Shown: in pieces, positions 36,048 through 48,744 of the stretch
Position numbering within the stretch: the stretch's first letter is position 1
Layout of the letters: every line of letters starts with the position of its first letter
Source: Camelus ferus
Lineage: Eukaryota
NCBI RefSeq assembly: GCF_009834535.1
Contig: NC_045732.1
Coordinates: 14,508,138 to 14,572,000 of the forward strand
Reading direction: 5' to 3'
Length of the DNA: 63,863 bases
Translations under genes and position numbers: made by a program
Notes under the pieces: generated by a model
Told to the model about the DNA's origin: nothing
Seen by the model: the letters and a program-made list of their open reading frames with translations, nothing else
Database searches by the model: none

Positions 36048-37499
36048 AGGACAGAATTTTTTAGTATAAATCCTGCCAGCAGGCTGATTTGCTTCAATTT
36101 CGATCTAATTATTCTGTTTAGGACCCTCATTCTGTTACTTCCACAAAAATCAACATTGGGACTGTGTAGTGCCAGTGTCATAGTATTTCCATCTATTTGC
36201 AGGTTACTCAGTCCTGTTTGGATGGTGACCATATTGGACAATACGTTTTTTGTTTTCTAAATAGGAGTCAACAGGAATATCAAAGGAAATAATATTCCCT
36301 CTGCACCCAATTTCATGTGGAATCTCTCTCCCTGGCTTCTGAAAGCTCACCATTAAGCTTTGACACCATTTTTATTTCGCCCCTCCTCATGCTAACAGGA
36401 TCTCACACAAACCCAATAATCACTCTGCTCACCCTTGCAAGGACTGGCTAACTAACACGCTCAGACCATAAGAAACACGTTAAGGAAAGGCACGCACGTC
36501 CACTGAGCTCACACGAAGCCAGCTGCCCTGACATGCTAAGGAAGTATTCATGTAAAAGCTGAGTTTGGTGTGCAGATGTCGGTGAACAGTTCGTGAAGAC
36601 CCCCATGATAACATCAAGCCTGCTGCAGAGTGAATGAGCTCAAGGTGAATTTTTTCCAGGTTTCTGTCGTTAAAAACGTTTCATTTAACAAGATGGGTTT
36701 TGGCAATCTCACAGTGTGACATTTATTTTATCAAGTAATTTAATCTGCCCTTAATTTCAAAGGGTGGTATTCTGAGATAAAGCTAGACAGTGCAGTATAT
36801 TCCTCTTGTGAGGCAAAATGTAGGTTCCTCTCGTCTTCCAGAAGAAATGATTTATCATGTAGCACACGATAGATCAAGCCATAAGATTCCCTTTCATCTC
36901 TGAGCCTGTCTGTATTCCCAGGTTTTAAGACTCTGTATTTTCTTTTACTGCCCAGATTTTGATTATTTTTGGTTTCAAACCATTCTAACCAAAAATGTTG
37001 CCAATATGGGCTTTTTAAAAAAATCCAGCTCCTCACTGTGAATGTAAAGAAAGATAGAGTCAGGAAATACATGTGAAACTGGAGTCCTGGTTTGGACAAT
37101 GAGTATGTGTAGAAACAGCAGTGTTTTTAAAAGCTCATTTCCTGATACTATATGAAAATAAACGGATGTTTTTAATAGCAGAATTTGTGTAACAATTGTT
37201 AATACAAAGCTAAAAGCTGACACAGAACCCTTTCATCTAGGAAGCATACTGCCTAATGTCATGGAGGGTGAAAGACAGAGACACCCCAAAAGATCAAAAA
37301 AATAAAAAAAAATCGCTCAGTTCCCAGAAGCAGAGCTTCCTGCCTTAGGGTTTGAGCAGGGCGCATACACTCAAACACCCAAGGGGAGGCAGGCGGGGAG
37401 CAGACCTGCGGGCACTGATAGGTTATAAGAAAAAGAACAACACAGTCATGGCACAAATGGTCTGAGACTGTGTTCGGTGAACAGTCGGCTGCTCCAAGC

Positions 37500-37746
37500 T
37501 AGTGGTTATCCGTGTGTGTGGGGGGGTGGGGGGTGAGGGGAGAGGAAGTGATTCTGCTCACCAGAGGACATCTGGTAGTACCTACAGACATTTTTGTTGT
37601 CACAAGTGGAAGGGGGATGCTACCGGCATCTAGAAGATAGAAGGCGTGTAGGAAGCTACTACTCATCCTACAGTCCACAGGGGAGCCCCCACAACAAAGA
37701 ATTATCTAGTCCTCAGTGCCAGTGGGGCTGAGGCTAAGAAGCCCTG
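37500..37746 (+). mobile_element. MER20 hAT MITE
   Basis: gacatttttgttgtcacaa...cccacaacaaagaattatct...aagccctg. Confidence 0.85.
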
Positions 37747-38035
37747 TCTGCCCTCGGAAGGCATTTGGAGAGCCTGTGGCCAACTTTGAGAGCACCAGCT
37801 CTCTCTGGGGCAGCAGGTCCGAGGTTCCAGCTGATGTGGGAACCTTCCATGTAGGAAGAGAACAAACCGAAGGATTGAGATTTACTCAGGATATGATGGA
37901 ATGACTTCAAATTATCTTTAGAGCCAGATGAGAAGAATTAAAATATCCTAAGAGTTTTTGCCTGAAAGACAACACAAAGAAAGCCGACTTCTTTCAACCC
38001 AAATCAGATTAAAGAATTGGGTAATGAAATGGATT

Positions 38036-38664
38036 TGTTAGAGCAGGCAGATAGCTAGATATGAGCAGAGAAAGGGGGATGCAAGCCAAAAGGCAGGAAT
38101 TGAGCAAAAAGGAGGGGCACAGGCCAAATGCGGGAAACCATACATCATGTAAACAACAGGGACCCTGGGCAGAGAAAGAAAAGCAGGAACCTCTGGGCAA
38201 ATAAGCAGTCACACCTTTTGGGGTCACCAGCGGCCTGGAGGCTGACAAAGAAAGGTTGGGAAATGCAGGAATCTCCAGTGTCTGAATGTAACCTTTTGCT
38301 CATTATGCCCTCATTTCAATAAAATTACCCCTGCAGATTAGAAGTACCTAACATGCATCACACTTCTGATCCAGACTAATAAGGACAAAAATCCCTCCTC
38401 CTTTCGAGAAGGTGGGGCTGGGATGAAAATCAGGGGATATGACCCCAAACCCTTCCCTCCCTAGTGAATATTCTGCCCATTCATTTTAATACTCTGTGTA
38501 ACCAACTTGCCAAAGAAACTCAGGGCAGCTGCTCACCTGAGCCTGCCCACTCTCCCCTTGAGAGCGTACTATCTCTCCCTTAATAAATCCTCACTTTACT
38601 TAACCTCCGTGTCCCATCTCTGAATTCATTCTGTGACGGGAAAAGAACCTAGTCACTGGCAACA
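38036..38664 (+). mobile_element. ERV1-class solo LTR (629 bp)
   Basis: TG...CA termini (tgttag / gcaaca), 4-bp TSD gatt at 38032-38035 and 38665-38668, AATAAA near 38582, then a U5-like ctgaattcattc...aagaacc. Confidence 0.85.
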
Positions 38665-40885
38665 GATTTAGAGTCACACGTTGACACAGTGGTTCTAAAA
38701 AACAGATGTCCACTGAGGCTCACTGCTCACATCTTTAACCCAGAAGTCCCATGTTAGCACCCTCAGTCAACCCACGATGGAAACCCAGCTGAGTTAATAA
38801 ATGAATTTCATAGGGTTAATTCTTTTGTTTTAAATTTAGGAACACATTTAGTAACTGTAGTGACAATCTGGGTATGTGACTGAAAACATTTTTAATGTTT
38901 AAGAGCATTTTAGAAAATGGACATATTTGATTAGTCAGTAAATATTTGGCAAATGATTAAGTGTATTAGCCTTTTGATTCCAATTTTAAATGTGAAATTG
39001 ATTTTAGACTTGTAATCATAAATTGAAAAGTATAACAGAATTTTAACTGTTTGGTAAATAATATTGGACTCAAGGTGAATTTTCTATTATTTAAATAAGT
39101 ATGAATATTCTAAATATTTTAACAAACTCAACCATTAAAAAATTTAAATGGTAAGAAGTCTAAATGTTTTAAAGTTTTAATGGTAATAAGTTGAAACATT
39201 TAAAGTTTAAACAGTAATGAACTTAAAAATATACATTTGTTTAATAAACGAATGCATGTATTAGATTTACAAAAGTTTAAGTTTTTTAAAAAAGATTTTG
39301 CCTATTAGGGTTGTAAGTTTGCCAGTTAGATAGATACTTGAATGGTTAAGCAGAAAACAGAATATATTAACTTTATAAATGTAGATTAAATGTATAAAGA
39401 ATTTTAGCTAATTAAGTTTAGAAATGAGAGCAATTGTTTGAGTTTAGATTGTTTAACTTAAATTAATTCAACACTAATCAAAACCCTCTGTAAAACTATT
39501 CGTTCTTATTATACAAAAACATTACTTGAATCACAAGCAGAAAAAGAGTATTTGTAAGCTGAACTTAAAGCTTGAGGGATATTTTGATTTCTGTAACTTT
39601 AAGAAGTTAATTATCCATTTAAAGCCTCCAAAACTGTAAACAGCCCTTTCTGCACCAAAAGAAAGAAACAAACAAGAGAAAAAGAAAATACCAGACTTAC
39701 ACATTTAGAAAATCATTAATAACAACCCAACTTGTCTTTTAGCAATCAAGAAATAATGTTCTTATTGAGCAAAAGTGATATGTCAGAAAGGTACACTGCT
39801 TTCCAGGTTCCAAAGGTACAGAATTTCTGGAGCCAAAAATTTGCCTCCAGGAAAACTGTAAAGGATTTTGGAGCCCCTGGACAGATAAGGCAACCGTGCT
39901 GACTATAATCCCTTCTGGAAGCTCAATTACCATTAAATGGAACCTAAGAATGTTAGTTCTGGAAGGGCCCTTAGAGATCCTGGGCCTCACCCTCCTCCTC
40001 ACTTCCCCCCAGGGGTGAAATGGTCAGGACTTGTCCCGGGGAGCAGGGCCAGATCCTGTCCAGGACACCAACTCTAGAGGATATTTCCAACTGGGTTACT
40101 CATACACTCTTTTCCCCCTCTGCTAATTTGTTAGGGTTCATTCTAGAATATTTGCCAATTTTTGTACAGCAATTTCTACAAACCTCAATGAGTTCCTTTT
40201 CTGTGTGAGTAGATGAGCAATGAGGTGCCATGAAACAAAGGATTTGGAAGACAACACACTTCTGAGAACTGTCTGACGGTGACGTGTGGCGGGGAGCGCG
40301 CGTGTGTGTGCAGGATAGCAAAGTGAAGGCTGGCATCTGCTTTTTCCTCGAATTTTCTATCATTTTCCAAAAGTTGAAAATGATACCAAGACTCTGCTCT
40401 GCAATGTCATGACATGCCGTTGTTAAAAGAGGCATGTTCTTTTATTTTCCTTTTTTTCCTGGCTCTGAATTTTCGAAAATGTAGCCAAATGACCTATGAG
40501 AACACCTCATAACAGCTGGAATGGGGATTTAGACAGACCTGATGGATGACAGGATGGTAAGTGGAAAATAAAAGCGAAACCCTCTTTATCCTATGGCCGG
40601 AAAAAGAATAAAACCAAACAAAAACCAGGAAGCTCTCAATTTAGCGCTAAACCAAATAGCACCATCTGCTGGCTGTTTGATAATACGTGTTATCTAATCA
40701 GGGCCACCAAACAAAGGTAACGATAGGTGAAAAGAGAGGAGGCTCCCTCCTCACTCTTTCCTTGGTGCCCTGGGACTCCTTGTCACACACTCTCTGAAAC
40801 ACAAAGATGACAAGGCTTCCCTCTAAGAGCAAGTATTCCCATTTCCACTGGGACCCATTCCCCCACCCCCTTTCTTTCAATGTAG

Positions 40886-41107
40886 CACACAAGAACCGAA
40901 AATACCTTGGATTCAGCTTGGACATCAACAAATACATTTCTAAGCAAACAAAGACTACGTTTAACTCCCTCATTTTCTTTTTCTACTCCTGTTCTTTTCA
41001 ATAGAGAGATTAACCAAAAGCTCGCCAACCAATCAGTGCAAATACATGGAGACTTTGAATCTTTCACGGAAGCTCCACAAGGAAAGCCTGGATAGGAGGA
41101 GGCAAAG
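40886..41107 (+). CDS. Candidate exon with an in-frame TAG (41093-41095) followed by 12 nt to the donor
   Basis: Acceptor tttctttcaatgtag|C, donor AAG|gtaact; 222 nt, phase 0-0. Reads HTRTENTLDSAWTSTNTFLSKQRLRLTPSFSFSTPVLFNREINQKLANQSVQIHGDFESFTEAPQGKPG*EEAK. An alternative strong acceptor lies at 41005. Confidence 0.4.
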
Positions 41108-41292
41108 GTAACTGAGGTCCGACTACTCTCGCACAACGTGTGCTGTTTGTTTCTCCCCACTGGCTTCACGTTTCAATTCATGATGGCATCAGGGCAAACT
41201 GATTTTTGTGTCAATTCTTAGCTGAGATGGTATAGCTGGGCTTCTGATAGTCTTGTCATTTCAGAGATGAGTTGGCATGAAAAATATTTCTA

Positions 41293-41443
41293 TTTTATTT
41301 TATTTTGTTTTGTTTTTTGGGGGGGATAATTAGGTTTACTTATTTATTTTTATTTTTATTTTTTTAGAGGAAGTATTGGGGATTGAACCCAGGACCTTGT
41401 GCATGCTAAGCATGCACTCTACTACTGAGCTACACCCTCCCTC
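41293..41443 (-). mobile_element. Vic-1-type SINE, long-tail variant
   Basis: tRNA-Ala head and an extended tail containing taaacctaatta/cccccc. TSD aaaatatttcta at 41281-41292 and 41444-41455. Confidence 0.92.
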
Positions 41444-41847
41444 AAAATATTTCTAGTTTAATCAAATACAAATCTACATGAAACTGTCTTTTTAGGAATT
41501 TCTTTTCCAGTGTAATGAAGTGAAATGAAGGAAAACACTGAACAGACTAATCAGATTCACCACTCCAAAGAAGCTCAAATGTCATCTCTATGGCAACAAG
41601 GCAGTCAGGGTCCACCATGTCTCTTCCCTCAGACTGGAAACTGCACAGTGCCCTTGCTGGTGAATTAATGTGGCAAACACATGAAAAAACAGTGAGTTTG
41701 GGGCTATGAGGAAGGGTCTGAAGACTGATCCCATTCATGAAACATTCTAGCTTATTTTTAGTTTTCTTTCTCCAAATTTAATTAACCGCTGAGGACCTGC
41801 TGTGCACAAAGGATTTGCTCACTTGCTCGTTTACTCTGTGCTTTTAG

Positions 41848-41939
41848 AAGGATCTCGTGTTGTTGAGTCCTTTGTTCTGGGAAATGACAGCTACTTTGGA
41901 AGCCAAACTGGGCAAATCTCAGGTGAAATAACACAGAAG
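41848..41939 (+). CDS. Candidate internal exon (92 nt)
   Basis: Acceptor ttactctgtgcttttag|A and consensus donor AAG|gtgagt. The phase-1 frame GSRVVESFVLGNDSYFGSQTGQISGEITQK is open. Confidence 0.4.
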
Positions 41940-43129
41940 GTGAGTCTAGTGGAACATACCAGGGGGTTAATTTTAACATATTAAAAAGCCATGCGAAAGA
42001 TCCTCTATTCATTGGAAGATCAAGTACTGAAAAATCTGAATGAGTTTCTAACTAAACTCTTCCAAGACTAGTGTTTGTATAGGCAACCGATTAGTTTTAG
42101 AATTCAGGAGAAATGCCCCTTTCATCAATTATGTGCCTAATATTCGTGTCCTTTATGAGAGAAAATTAATCTACACAGCTAGTCTAAATCCTTCATTTTA
42201 TCATAATTAACCATTTCTTTTTATCTATTCTTAAATTGTAGAAAATGGCTCCAAACCATCTTAAGATTCTTTTTGTATCTTATAAACTTAAATTAGGATC
42301 TCACCTAGCTTTCACAGGACGCCAATTTGCCAAAAAGCTAATTTTCCAAGAAGCAAAATATACCAAATTTACCCATTGTAGGTGTAATCACTTTAATAGT
42401 TTAAAATGGAATGTTGGATTTTGGTGACTGATATATATTTTCTGAAGGTTAAGTTGACTAAGCACAGCATAAGAATTCTAAAAAATGCTAAAATTCTAGC
42501 AAAAGAGAAATATAAACTTCCCACATGGAAAACTATTTTTAATTTAAAAATTGGCATTTTTAAAATATAACAAGACTTTTTCAGCTACTTCTGATTTCAG
42601 TCTGGATGTTTTTAAAAGACAATCTCTGGCTTTTTTCCAATTTAAACCGTTAATCTAATTTTAATGGACTATCAGTGTTTTCCTACTACACCTAGCAATT
42701 CAAAAAAATTGTAAATTGTAAATGAAGTTAATTAGAAATTAAATGTTAATTATATAAGTACAAGTAAAAATTTAAATACAAATTAAAATGCAGATCAATC
42801 AGCATTTAAAATGAAGAATTAAGTTAAAATTTAATTCAAATTAAGTATTGACATTTAAATCCAGAAGCAAATATTCATAAATTGCCAAAACAATTTCATC
42901 ATATGGCTTGATGACATATATATATATATATATAAAATTTTTTTTTTAATGGTAGAGATTTGACATGAGTGGTAAAATCATATAAAGCAGTGGAAAGGGG
43001 CTGTGGTAGCCAAGGAGGACATATGAAGAGTTGAGTGAATGGAAGCTCAATTTTGAAATACATTTACTATAAATATGTAATTGAACATGAAGAAATAGAA
43101 AAATAAATTCGTTAAAACAACTGAAAATG

Positions 43130-43273
43130 GAGAACTATATTTAATATCTTGTAATAACCTTTAATGAAAAAGAATATGAAAACGAATATATGTGTGTATA
43201 TGCATGCCTGGGACATTGTGCTGGACACCAGACATTGACACACTGTAACTGACTGTACTTCAATTAAAAAAAA
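43130..43273 (+). mobile_element. Camelid L1 3' stub with an 11-bp TSD
   Basis: TSD aactgaaaatg at 43119-43129 and 43274-43284; tail gactgtacttcaattaaaaa. Confidence 0.9.
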
Positions 43274-43656
43274 AACTGAAAATGCTCAAAGATGAATGCA
43301 CAACCAAAGTACATTATTTAATTTAAATTGAAAAACAATCAGTTCTGATATTTTGATAACTGTTAATAATGCATTTCTGAACATATTTATTATGCTTTAT
43401 TAATTTTTAAATTGACCATATAGAAAATGTACATTTAACCCATCATCAGCTGCTATGGTTGAATAGTTCTGTTATAGCTGTTTAGATACTCCTTGGAATG
43501 CTCTAAATGCCATCTTTTACTAAATCAGGAAACTTATGTATTAGCTTTTGGTGAACTGACTGAAAGTCATTGTGTGTGCATTTGTGTGAGGGTTTTAAAT
43601 CTAGCAATTTCATACCCCTCCTCCCTTAGTCATTATGTTCTTTTTTAAGAAATATT

Positions 43657-43873
43657 TCATTTTTTTGTATTTTTTTTTTACTGAAGTATAGTCAGTTTAC
43701 AATGTTGTGTCAATTTCTGGTGTACAGAACAATGCTTCAGTCATACATGAGTATACATATATTCATTTTCATATTCTTTTTCACCATAAGCTACTACAAG
43801 ATATCGAATATAGTTCCCTGTGCTACACAGTTTAAACTTGTTTATCTATTTTATATATACCAGTCAGTATCTA
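43657..43873 (-). mobile_element. Camelid L1 3' stub
   Basis: ctgaagtatagtcagtttacaatgttgtg...gttccctgtgctacacag. Confidence 0.88.
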
Positions 43874-45351
43874 ATTGTGGTGTTCTGATCAGTGCAGAGA
43901 ATAGCAGCTCCAATGATTTTTCCATTTTACATGCTATGATTCTATTAATGCAGCCTCAGAGTACACTGTTTAGTCCCAAAGTCACACTGTGCCTCATATC
44001 AGAGCTTTTAGTCAACTGATACAGTTTTTTCACTAGAACTGATATAAATTCAAATTGCCCTGATTCTACTGTTGTGCTGTTGACCTTTCTTGAACTTAAT
44101 TACTAGATTTTTTCCCCTGGGTATATTTTGTCTTATTTTACACACTAGGTTGTATTGTTTGTTGTGTGTTATTGTTAACTCTGCTCAGTTTTATAGGAAA
44201 CTTCTTGTCAAATCAAGGATGTGACTTCTCCCTTCCCCACAGTCCTTTGCTCCATTTTGGCAAAAGGTAGGCTATGTCACAAATCCCTCACTGGACATAC
44301 TTGTCCTGTCCCCAGAGCAAACACCTCCAATGCCTTCCAAGATCCTATTTATCCAACCCTTTAAAATTAATATTGTCATCTCTCCTGTCCTCATTTACTT
44401 GAAGTTGAACTACTGAAATGCAGGAAAAATGCACTTACAAATGGCGTTTTAGTAACAACTTAATTAATGAACAAATCATGCCAAGTTAATTAAAAGCTGA
44501 GATGAAAACAATGTGATAAAATCATTAATCTTCCTGAAAGTGTTTAATTAAAACATCAAGTATATCTTCATTAATATGAATATCACAAATATATTAGTTA
44601 CAGTAGTATCTATTAATCAACTCTAAGTTTTAGGCAGTTATCTAAAATAACAGAAAGTTAAAAATTCCTTATATTGTATTGGGGATTTGGGTGTATTTGA
44701 ATAGTGCATAGATCCAGCATTCTGAGAACTCAGCCTCACTCTAAATGCAATCATAAAAAAGAATCAAACAATAAAGAGAAGAAAACTTCAAAACTTCAAT
44801 AAAGAAGAGACAACCTCTCTTATTCAATTCTTGAATAAGAGAAAAAATCCAAAATTTGCAGTGACCTTCCTCATCCCCAATGCAGAACTGTAAAGGACAC
44901 TAAGAAATTATGGATGTACTGGGGTAATTCTTCTGAAGTCTCCTGAGTTCCTCATGTTAGCAAAATCTTTCTTGGAGATAATTATGGTCTCAATATTAAA
45001 ACCTGATAAACTTAACAAGAAAAAGTTTTAGCGGCCAAGGGCACTCATGAACTTCAAAACAACCATTACAATAAAGTAACAAGTAGCATCTTGTAATGCT
45101 TTGAAATAAAAATCATCCCCAATTCAGGACGATTTATTTCAGAAATACTAGGATAGCTCAGTAAATAGAAATCCACTGACACAGCATTCTATACTCAAAT
45201 GAGAAAGATCATATGAGCATGTCAAGAGGTAACCAAGGATATTTGATACAAATGCATGCATACTTCCTTCAAGAATTAAGTAAGAATAGAAATAGTGCCC
45301 TTTAAGGTTTCCTTGCAGACCCATCTTACACTGAAAGCCAACCGTCACACT

Positions 45352-45562
45352 AGCACATCCCTGTTTACTGGAATTTTCTATGATGACGGAAATGTTCTCT
45401 GTCTCCGCTGCCCATACAGGAGCCACTAGCCACTTGTGGCTACTGAGTCCTTGACATGTGTCTGTTGTGACAAAACTGTATTTTAGATTTTATTTCATTT
45501 TCATCCATTTAAATTTAAAAAACCACATGTGGCTAATGGCCATTATAGAGCGCAGGACAGCC
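45352..45562 (+). mobile_element. MER3 hAT MITE
   Basis: gatgacggaaatgttct...gccactagccacttgtggctactgag...ccacatgtggctaatggc. Confidence 0.85.
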
Positions 45563-45569
45563 CTAGAGG

Positions 45570-45940
45570 GCGTTTCTTTGTTCAACATGGGAGGTAAGGC
45601 AATAATGTAGAGTTTAACCATTATTTTTGACAGTTTAGCAGTTGTAGATATCAATGACTAAGAAATTGTTTTAAAAAGAGAATAAAAAATTTTTTAAAAA
45701 CTATAAATTTTATGTAGATAGTATAAGTTTCTAGCTAAGCAATTAAAAGGAGGGACTTTTAAAAACATAGTCTTCATGAGGATTGTGTAAAGGGGGGAGA
45801 GAAAAGGTACATTTACAAAAGTCAGGAGCATTGATGCTCAACAGCAGTACCAACATGTTGAAAACAATGAAAAAGTAATGTCATTCACGACAGCAACCAG
45901 AAAAAAGAAAAACCATCTCTAGCTATTAGAGTCCATGAAA
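45570..45940 (+). mobile_element. Very old L1M ORF2 remnant
   Basis: A-rich; cattcacgacagcaaccagaaaa resembles L1 ORF2 ccattcacaatagc. Confidence 0.45.
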
Positions 45941-46059
45941 ATAATACAATATGGCGTATCCAGGAAACGAGAGCAGAAGTCTGTAAGTGAATATCATCCA
46001 CGTATCTTGGGGGGCTGGTTTTCCAGATTTTCAGACTAACCCTAACCTTTCAGGCCACA

Positions 46060-46215
46060 GAAGAGGAAACTAACAGTGAGTTATGCAGATGCCATGCTGG
46101 GTGTTTCTTCGGTCTCAGTTCATTGTAGGAAGACAACTAGATGACTTACTTCTTTTCCACCCCATTTTTATGGGTAAAGAAACTGAGGCACAAGACACAG
46201 AGCTAGTAAATGGCC
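46060..46215 (-). mobile_element. MIR fragment
   Basis: cccatttttatgggtaaagaaactgaggcaca. Confidence 0.7.
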
Positions 46216-47168
46216 ATCTTGGGGCTTAACTCTTTCTCCAAAGCCAGTATCCATGGCATTAAAACATTTCTCTTCGCTTTCTCACCTTCCCCCCCCCCAC
46301 CCTACCCGCCAATATCTGTCCTCTTAATTTCAGATATCTACGTATCTGATTTAAAATGCCTCATTTGGGATCACAGCGGGCATGAAGGCACGAAAGCAAA
46401 AGAAACTCCTGATCACTGCTGCAAACATTAGTTGACAAGAAGAGTTTAGTGTTCGTGCCGGGTATAAGCAAGCCCAGGGCACATACAGGCCAACAGCCGA
46501 TGTTTCAGTTGGTTGTTTGGAGCATGGAGCACACGTTTCCATGAAACACCAATTCTAACTAAGACATAGAGCTGTGAGAGCGATTAGTAATGCCCCTGCT
46601 GGAACCTGCACGTGTCAGTGAGTGCTGGTCCCTGGAAAGAGCCATCTTGGGAGCACAAATGTAAATTCGAATTAAGCTAAACTTATTCCAGAATTTCTGA
46701 ATTACTCTTAAAAAGTTCCTCCAGGGCCAGTTTACCAGCAACAATAAAATCAGCCTTACAGATTTTCTGTGAGAAAATAACAAAAACAATATCGTGGAAA
46801 AAGAAAAAGAAAAAGAAAATATATTAGGAATACCTTTAAAAAATGACTTGAACTGGAGTTCTGGTACTCCAGGAAGAGCAGCTTTGATGAGAATAGACTA
46901 TGGAGGCAGTTAAAGGCCTTTATCAAATTCTGAAGCACTTTCATGGGCTTGAGAGATCGGTATCTTTAGCTCTTTATCCCATCTAAGTCCACTTCAAATC
47001 TCAACATTTATTTTCTTTGCTAAAGTGGTAGTAAAATTCTAACAACTCTTCTGTTTGGCATGAATGAACTGTCTTCCAGCTGTAGAATGCTTTGAATCTT
47101 AGGAAGAAGCAAATTGCAATGGGACTTTTTGGAGATCCCAAATGGTACTGAGGAGTGGGGCAGGGGGT

Positions 47169-47316
47169 NNNNNNNNNNNNNNNNNNNNNNNNNNNNNNNN
47201 NNNNNNNNNNNNNNNNNNNNNNNNNNNNNNNNNNNNNNNNNNNNNNNNNNNNNNNNNNNNNNNNNNNNNNNNNNNNNNNNNNNNNNNNNNNNNNNNNNNN
47301 NNNNNNNNNNNNNNNN
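47169..47316. other. Assembly gap (148 N)
   Basis: N-run seen directly. Confidence 0.95.
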
Positions 47317-48744
47317 CACGTGTATGAGAAGAGCTGATCTATAACAGAGCTGCAAGAAGGGCTGGTTGGATGGAAAGGGGAGAGCTATGCAGACTGGAAA
47401 GAAAGGAGGAAGAGGGAGAATCTGGGTCAAGAAACCACACATTGGACATTTCCCCCCGCACCCTGCAGTCCAAAGGCCACACAACTCAGATGTGCTTTAG
47501 CCACTACCCAGTGTGGGAGAGCGGAGGGGAAGGGAGGCAGGGAGTATCTGTGCATTTTTATATGCTGGTCAAGCCCAATATTCATTAAGTGAGTCATGAA
47601 TGCATTATTTGTTTTGAGATATCACACTGAGAGCCTCATGACGGAAGCATAGCATTAAGTATTATAAAATAGAATAATCCAGGCATTAATGAAGCCCTTG
47701 CATCAGACAGAGACACTATAAATTTCCTTCTACCTGCCAAGGGATTGTACCATAGGAGACCCTGCAAGGTAGCCTTGACCTCCCTCAAGACCAGCAATCC
47801 CCGGGATTCCTTATTCTAGGTAATGAGACCCAAGAATGCCAGCCTGTATATTCAGGTTGATTCAAAAAGGGTGACCCCAGGGAGAGAGGTATTTCTGCTA
47901 ATTTCATCAGCGATAGCTTCAAGGCTTCTTAAACCTCAGGTTGCTACACAAACAACTCCTGAGAGGTAGACAATGGAGGAAACCTGTTCTCTTTTGAAGA
48001 GTCGCGAGTTTGAAGAGCCAGATGGAGAAAAGAGATTAAATTCCTCCAGAAACTGTCCAGATTATATAAAGGCATTAAGGCTTACCCTCTATTCCTTCTG
48101 CATCAGCATGAAGATTTCCAAGAGCCTTAACCCACAAGACAAAGAAAAAACCCATTTTTTTCAAAGCAGAATCCTAACAATAAATTCCACTCACAGAGCA
48201 GTCTGTGCCTTTTTTCAAGATGCTTTTCTACTACCGTGTTTGATCTTGATAATATTACGAGTTAGGGGCAGGCAAGTTTTCAAAGTGAGGACCCAGACGT
48301 TCTAAAAGGTGAAGTGATTAACCTCAGGCTACGCCAAACAAGTCAGTTGCAGAATCCAGACAGAGCTTAGACGACTTGATGTCTATTCCAGTATTCACGA
48401 TGGCCAGAATATCCAATTTCAGGCTTCTCACCAGAATTAAACTTCGATTTAACTTTATCTGAATTAAGTTCTTACAAAAGTGATGAAAAAAGAAAAAGCA
48501 TCCAATTCAGTGCCGCACAATTACTGTGCAGCTAGAAGGCTCCAGTTGCTGTTTTTGTGGTTAGGTTACAATAAACTAGATGTGATCTCCATCTTTAAAC
48601 ATACTTTCCAGCCTGGGAGACCAAAAAAAAAAAAAAAAAAAACAAACAAAAACAAAAACAAAAATAAACAAACCAGGGAAGCAAACAGTTAAATGAGTTA
48701 GATGTTTCCAGGTGGAGAAGGTGGCAATGGGCATACCAGTCCAT

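Noticed and set aside
36020-36270. Apparent minus-strand terminal exon (KTKNVLSNMVTIQ...)
   Set aside because: Its 3' end runs into the L1MC-like insert, and I found no minus-strand promoter or phase-consistent partner exons.
36740-37099. 119-aa minus-strand ORF
   Set aside because: No convincing donor, start context or recognisable homology; within chance expectation.
36639-39083. 15-mer ctcaaggtgaatttt at 36639 and 39069
   Set aside because: A few 15-mer matches are expected by chance in 64 kb, and the flanks are unrelated.
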